Source: Octopus sinensis (Eukaryota). Taken from it: 14,006 bases of DNA. The translations under genes and the position numbers were made by a program. The first letter of the stretch is position 1, and each line of letters begins with the position of its first letter. Shown in pieces: positions 9,731 to 14,006 of the stretch. Below the pieces are notes generated by a model, which ran no database searches, was not told where the DNA came from, and saw nothing but the letters and a program-made list of their open reading frames with translations. The DNA lies in NCBI RefSeq assembly GCF_006345805.1, contig NW_021825957.1:1-14006 (forward strand). Reading direction: 5' to 3'.

Positions 9731-9866
9731 TGTATGTATTTACATAGTGTATATATATGTATATACGTATATGTGTGTAATATGATATAATATATGTATA
9801 TGCATTCACGTGTAAATTTGAACTATTTATATTTATATACATACATGCCGACATACATGTATGCTT

Positions 9867-9933
<67 letters not shown>
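9430..9933. repeat. Compound (TA)/(TG)/(TATG)n microsatellite block, interrupted at 9534-9653
   Basis: Directly visible; pure (TA)n at ~9875-9933. Confidence 0.92.
9534..9653 (-). mobile_element. Probable 3'-terminal fragment of another SINE (family D)
   Basis: GC-rich 120-bp island between TA tracts (ttcacgtgattacgtgaccgaccaggc...gcgagcaggcca). I recall it as a common octopus SINE tail; there is no second copy in the window, so the strand rests on recall. Confidence 0.55.
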
Positions 9934-9934
<1 letters not shown>

Positions 9935-10162
9935 TTTATTTAAAGCAGCAGAAAATTAACAAAACCTTTTACTTTGAGTTTCCCGTTGCCGTTCATCGGA
10001 CAGTTTTTTGCTAGAAAAAAATGTCCGATGAATGGCAACGGGAAACTCAGAGTAACAGGTTTTGTTGAATTTTCTGCTGCTTTAAATAAAGCATATTACT
10101 CTACCACTGGTATTTGAGTACTCTTTTTTCCACATTGTTTCACATTTATGTGTTTACACCGG
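9934..10162 (+). mobile_element. Penelope-like terminal element: ~76-bp inverted repeat with a hammerhead-like motif in each arm, plus a ~70-nt unique tail
   Basis: Arms 9934-10009 and 10015-10091 differ by 4 substitutions and 1 indel. Flanked on both sides by (TA)n. Confidence 0.65.
10021..10063 (+). ncRNA. Minimal type-I hammerhead-ribozyme-like motif (a mirror copy lies on the minus strand at ~9961-10004)
   Basis: TGT-CCGATGA-ATG gcaa CGG-GAA-ACTC a GAGT-A-ACA: core with U4C, GNRA-capped stem II, palindromic stem III, GUA triplet at 10052-10054, and stem I closure. Confidence 0.55.
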
Positions 10163-10163
10163 T

Positions 10164-10205
<42 letters not shown>

Positions 10206-10290
10206 ACATTCGTTCATACATACATTTATGTGTGCGTTTGTATGTGTGTGTTTGTGTGTATGTGTGTGTGTGTGTGTGTGTGCGTGTGCG
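10163..10290. repeat. (TA)n then (TG)n microsatellite
   Basis: Directly visible. Confidence 0.92.
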
Positions 10291-10755
10291 TGCGTGAGTA
10301 TGTGTACGTTTGTATGCAAATATATACCTACACCTAATACTTTTGTCATCTTTCCCGACATATTCAAACCAGCTCCGAACTACTTGCAAGCCTGTTAGCA
10401 CTCAGTATCTCTTGGCTCGTGTCTAATTAGTTGTTTATGAATGCATGACAATCTGTCAGTAGCTATCACCTTATACTATTTCACTCCTTAACTAATAAAA
10501 CGATTTGTAGTTGTCACTTTCCATCAAGTTCAAAACCGAAAAAAAGACAAAAACAAAAAAAAACATTTTACAGTGACGTGAATACGACCTCAACAACGTT
10601 GATACGATATTAAGCAAAACGTTTCGGTAAGTTATCTGCAAATCTTGACCTCAGAAATGAATAGTTACTTCATCATTTCCTTCGCATGTAATTATTATCG
10701 TACATTTTGTATATAGCAAGACGTTTCCAAACTCAATATGTTCGCAGTTAGAAAC

Positions 10756-10886
10756 GGAGCAGTTGAGTCGGACTCGGAAACAATTAGTGGGTAACTGGAG
10801 TCGGAGTCGGTCAAACAGACCCACAGTCACTTAATTACATAGAGGTGTTGGAGTCGAAATTTTTTGCTTCGACTTCACAGCCCTTG
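10756..10886. mobile_element. Probable right end of a hAT-like MITE with subterminal GGAGTC repeats
   Basis: Repeated ggagtc/gagtcg motifs and terminus cgacttcacagcccttg, close to the CAGGGCTGTGGAGTCG-type TIR on the other strand. No left TIR found. Confidence 0.45.
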
Positions 10887-10899
10887 TTAGAGGGGCCTC

Positions 10900-11054
10900 G
10901 GTGCAGGAGTGCCTGTGTGGTAAGAAGCTTGCTTTCCTAGCCATATGGTTCTGGGCTCAGTTGCACTTCGTAGCACTTTGGGTAGGTGTCTTCTGCTATA
11001 GCCTTGTATTTGGTAAATAAAAACCGAAAGAAATCCGTTGTGAGTGCATATATG

Positions 11055-11107
<53 letters not shown>

Positions 11108-11518
11108 CTATATATATATATATATAATATATATATATATATATCTATATATCGTGGCACTGCGTCGGTTACGACGACGAGGGTTCCAGTTGATCCGATT
11201 AACAGAACATCCTGCTCGTGCAAGTGGCTGAGCACTCCACAGACACGTGTACCCTTAACGTAGTTCTCGGGGTAGATTCAGCGTGACACAAAGTGTGACA
11301 AGGCTGGCCCTTCGAAATACAGCTACAATAGAAACAGTAAGAAAGAGTGAGAAGAAGTTGTGAAAGAGTACAGAAGGGTACGCCACAACACTCTGCTGGA
11401 ACCTCGTGGAGCTTTAGGTGTTTTCGCTCAATAAACACTCACAACGTCCGGCCTGGGAATCTAAACCGCGATTCTATGACCACGAATCCGCTGCCCTAAC
11501 CCTTGGGCCATTGCGCAT

Positions 11519-11559
<41 letters not shown>

Positions 11560-11825
11560 CACACACACACACGTAAGTGTGTGTGCGTGTGTGTGCGTGT
11601 GTGTTTGTGTGTCTTTGTGTCTGCGTTTGTCCTCCAACATTGCTTATCAACCGCTGTTGATGTGGTTCCGTCCCCGTAACCTAGCAGTTCGGCAAAAGTT
11701 CACGATACAATAAATAATAGGCTTTGAAAGAAGACGTAAGTACTGGTGTGGATTCTTTTGACAAAAAAATTCTTAATGCGCTGCCCCAGCATGGCGTCAT
11801 CTAATGAATGAAACAGATAAAAGAT
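10900..11825 (+). mobile_element. Diverged SINE family A copy (head 10900-11042; 3' half ~11585-11825) split by family C within its internal microsatellite
   Basis: Both halves align to the reverse complement of 3892-4300, in the correct order and strand. Confidence 0.8.
11154..11520 (-). mobile_element. Near full-length SINE family C with a tRNA-derived head
   Basis: The minus strand starts GGATGCGCAATGGCCCAAGGGTTAGGGCAGCGG...GGTTTAGATTCCC (Pol III A- and B-box-like). Flanked by (TA)n. Confidence 0.85.
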
Positions 11826-11827
11826 AT

Positions 11828-11850
11828 CATATATACATACACACACACAC

Positions 11851-11906
<56 letters not shown>

Positions 11907-11908
11907 TG
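11828..11908. repeat. (TA)/(CA)n microsatellite
   Basis: Directly visible. Confidence 0.92.
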
Positions 11909-12169
11909 TATGTTCGTTGTATGTCTTGATCAGATTAGAACAGACCAGACGATGACTACTTTGTTTTCTTTTCTGTGTTTCACTGAAAAGGAAGTTATAC
12001 AGCAACAGGTGTAGCGAAGGTGAATCCTATTTTCCTCCGTGTTTTACATTTTCATACCCATTTACCTGTGAGTATATATCGCGTGTGCGTGTGTATGTAT
12101 ATATATATATATATACACGCAATATTTTGGGCTCTTTCTTCCTTCCTCACACTCCCTGTTTTCTATCTT

Positions 12170-12250
12170 TTTCTGTCTCTTCCTCCTCCCTCACTCCTTC
12201 CTCCCTCTCTTTCTCTCTCACTCTCACTCTCCCTCTCCCTCTCTCTTATC
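12170..12250. repeat. CT-rich low-complexity tract
   Basis: Directly visible. Confidence 0.85.
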
Positions 12251-12314
12251 GCTTATCTCTTTAACCCCCAAATCTTTTTAACACACGTATAAACATAGCC
12301 TAACCATTCCTGTC

Positions 12315-12680
12315 ATTATAAAATAAACTTTCCTAAGCAGCGCATGCGTCCGCGTTAAATTAATTTACACATCCAAACACATTGGCACCGTTAAAAAATA
12401 CAGACAATTCTTCGTTCTTCGTTCTTCGTTCTTCGCATTTTCTTTTCACACATGCACCGCTCGTAGAAATTAGTAAGTTTTCGTTTTATGACGCATGTAC
12501 TGCAGTCGATGAGCGGCGGTGGAGTCGATTAGACAGAAGGCTGGATGGAAGTTGAGGAGATGGATGGCGGCCATGTTTTTTAGATCTTGTACAGCTGGCG
12601 AAGATTCCAACAACGACTCAATATTTTTAAGAACAAGAAATCATCATGGTTGCTCTCTTGTTGATTCAGGTGAATGTTGC
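12315..12680. promoter_or_regulatory. Promoter-like or first-exon island
   Basis: Locally CpG-enriched unique sequence. TATAAAA at 12317-12323, NRF1-like GCGCATGCG at 12340-12348, (TTCTTCG)x4 at 12408-12435, YY1-like GATGGCGG at 12563-12570, and donor-like sites GTAAGT (12472) and CAG|GTGAAT (12670). Confidence 0.4.
12564..12669 (+). CDS. Candidate first coding exon (MAAMFFRSCTAGEDSNNDSIFLRTRNHHGCSLVDS)
   Basis: ATGGCGG start context and an open frame up to CAG|GTGAAT. No homology recognised. Confidence 0.25.
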
Positions 12681-12807
12681 TAACGAAAGAATATTAGCTG
12701 CAACTAAGAGGAACTAAATATAGACATTGAACAAATAGCTAAGTGCTGTGTTGAAGGTGGTGGGGCTGGACATGGAAAACAGCTTTACGGAAACATGGGG
12801 TGTATAG

Positions 12808-13345
12808 GTGAGTGGATTCGGTAGAGGGAAACTGAAAGAAGCTCGTCGTATACATATACATGTGTGTGCTTGTGTGCGTATGTGTGTATACATATCTATG
12901 TGCATTTGTCTTCATATTTATGTCCACCACCGCTTGGCAATCGGCGTTGATTTGTTTACGTCCCCGTAACTCAGCGATTCGGCAAAAAGGAACCTATTTC
13001 TTTATTACCCACAAGGGGCTAAACATAGAGGAGACAAACAAGGACAGACATAGGTATTAAGACGATTACATCGACCCCAGTGCGTAACTGGTACTTAATT
13101 TATCGACCCCGAAAGGATGAAAGGCAAAGTCGACCTCGGCGGAATTTGAACTCACAACATAACAGCAGACGAAATACCGCTAAGCACTTCGCCCGGCGTG
13201 CTAACGATTCTGCCAGCTCGCCGCCTATTCGGCAAAAAGGAACCGATTGAATAAATACCAGGGGTCGATTTTTTTCGACTCAGCCCTTCAATGTGGTGTC
13301 CCTGCAATGGCTACAGTCGAATAACAGAAAGAAGTAAAAGACAAA
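12808..13345 (+). mobile_element. 5'-truncated SINE family A copy, interrupted by family B
   Basis: gtgagtggattcggtagagggaaactgaaagaagctcgtcg...gtttacgtccccgtaac...ggggtcgattttttcgact aligns to family A. Confidence 0.8.
12995..13226 (-). mobile_element. Full-length, young SINE family B copy with a perfect 18-bp TSD
   Basis: The head aggcggcgagctggcagaatcgttag...gtgagttcaaattcc has A/B boxes. TSD attcggcaaaaaggaacc at 12977-12994 and 13227-13244. Confidence 0.95.
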
Positions 13346-13387
13346 GGATAAAGAAAACTCTTTTACAGCCGTTAGTGTTGGTTCAGC

Positions 13388-13594
13388 ATTTTAATGCATT
13401 TTTTCGCTATTATATAAGGGAACTAACTCTCTAAAAATGTCTACGATGAGTCAACGTTTTAAAAAAAAAATTTACCATCATTTTTTTTCCATTTTTAATG
13501 TATTTTTTTGCTGTTTTTTTGGCTATAACTCTCTAAAAATGCTTATATAGTTATTTCCCTTACAAACCCGAGCAACGCCGGGCGATACTTCTAG
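13388..13594 (+). mobile_element. Non-autonomous Helitron, 3' end
   Basis: Subterminal hairpin CCCG(A)GC-aac-GCCGGG at 13567-13582, terminal CTAG at 13591-13594 followed by T. Internal direct repeat aactctctaaaaatg at ~13425 and ~13527. The 5' TC end is not clear. Confidence 0.8.
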
Positions 13595-14006
13595 TTTTTA
13601 TTAAAATCCAAAAGAAAATGCTTTGTAACGTTTATCAGGAATAGAAGAAAGGAAGTATCTACATCTTTATCGAAATATGCTAGCAGTTTCAATTGAATTT
13701 AAGTCAATTTGGCCAGTATTATTTGCGGTGTTGGTCGTGGGAGGCACTACAAAGGCTACTGGTCACCGAAGCTGAAACAGGGTAAAAAAAATGTAAAGTG
13801 ACTACGAAACACCTTCTCGAGCACATGGAATGCAAGGTCTCTATCAAATCTACTCTTCCTTGATGTATCATCAGGGTAGATTTTTCAGGAACCTTCCCCA
13901 TAGAGACCTATGAGAAGCATCCGTCATTAGACTTGCGTGCTGGATTTTCAAAAGTGGCCAACGGAGATTATGGATATTATGCAACTTTCTCTTTCTTAGT
14001 TTACTC

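Noticed and set aside
9811-9826. aaatttgaacta matching the terminus of the 6689 element
   Set aside because: Only ~12 AT-rich bases; too short to call a remnant.
11450-11520. Functional tRNA genes at SINE heads (also 4230-4300 and 13140-13226)
   Set aside because: The cloverleaf and acceptor stem are not intact, and each head continues into a SINE body.
606-12930. Most ORF-track ORFs (YI-, TH-, VC-, SL- and V-rich peptides)
   Set aside because: They are translations of (TA)n, (CA)n, (CT)n and (GGT)n tracts or of SINE bodies, not genes.
1262-13874. Other CTGANGA words on the minus strand (~1271-1277 and 13868-13874)
   Set aside because: There is no stem II followed by GAAA and no stem I/III closure, so these are not hammerheads.
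1-14006. CRISPR array, operon or other prokaryotic system
   Set aside because: No regularly spaced repeats with unique spacers and no gene-dense region; the sequence is eukaryotic repeat-rich DNA.

Overview
AT-rich eukaryotic genomic DNA dominated by microsatellites and short interspersed repeats. The repeat families and microsatellite density look like an octopus or other coleoid cephalopod genome; this is my inference from recognising the repeats, not a database result. No long ORF is present, and almost all ORF-track entries are microsatellite or SINE artefacts. The window holds at least four tRNA-headed SINE-type families (labelled A-D here), several of them nested with visible target-site duplications. 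It also has a Helitron 3' end, a MITE-like element with a 29-bp inverted repeat and telomere-type repeats, and a probable hAT-type MITE end. A CpG-enriched promoter-like island lies near 12.3-12.7 kb, and there is a low-confidence chain of small minus-strand exons. The most notable signal is a set of minimal type-I hammerhead-ribozyme-like motifs next to (TA)n tracts: an inverted pair forming a ~76-bp hairpin at 9934-10091, plus unrelated candidates at ~6780-6815 and ~870-916. This fits remnants of Penelope-like retroelements. All carry core or stem deviations, and activity is untested.
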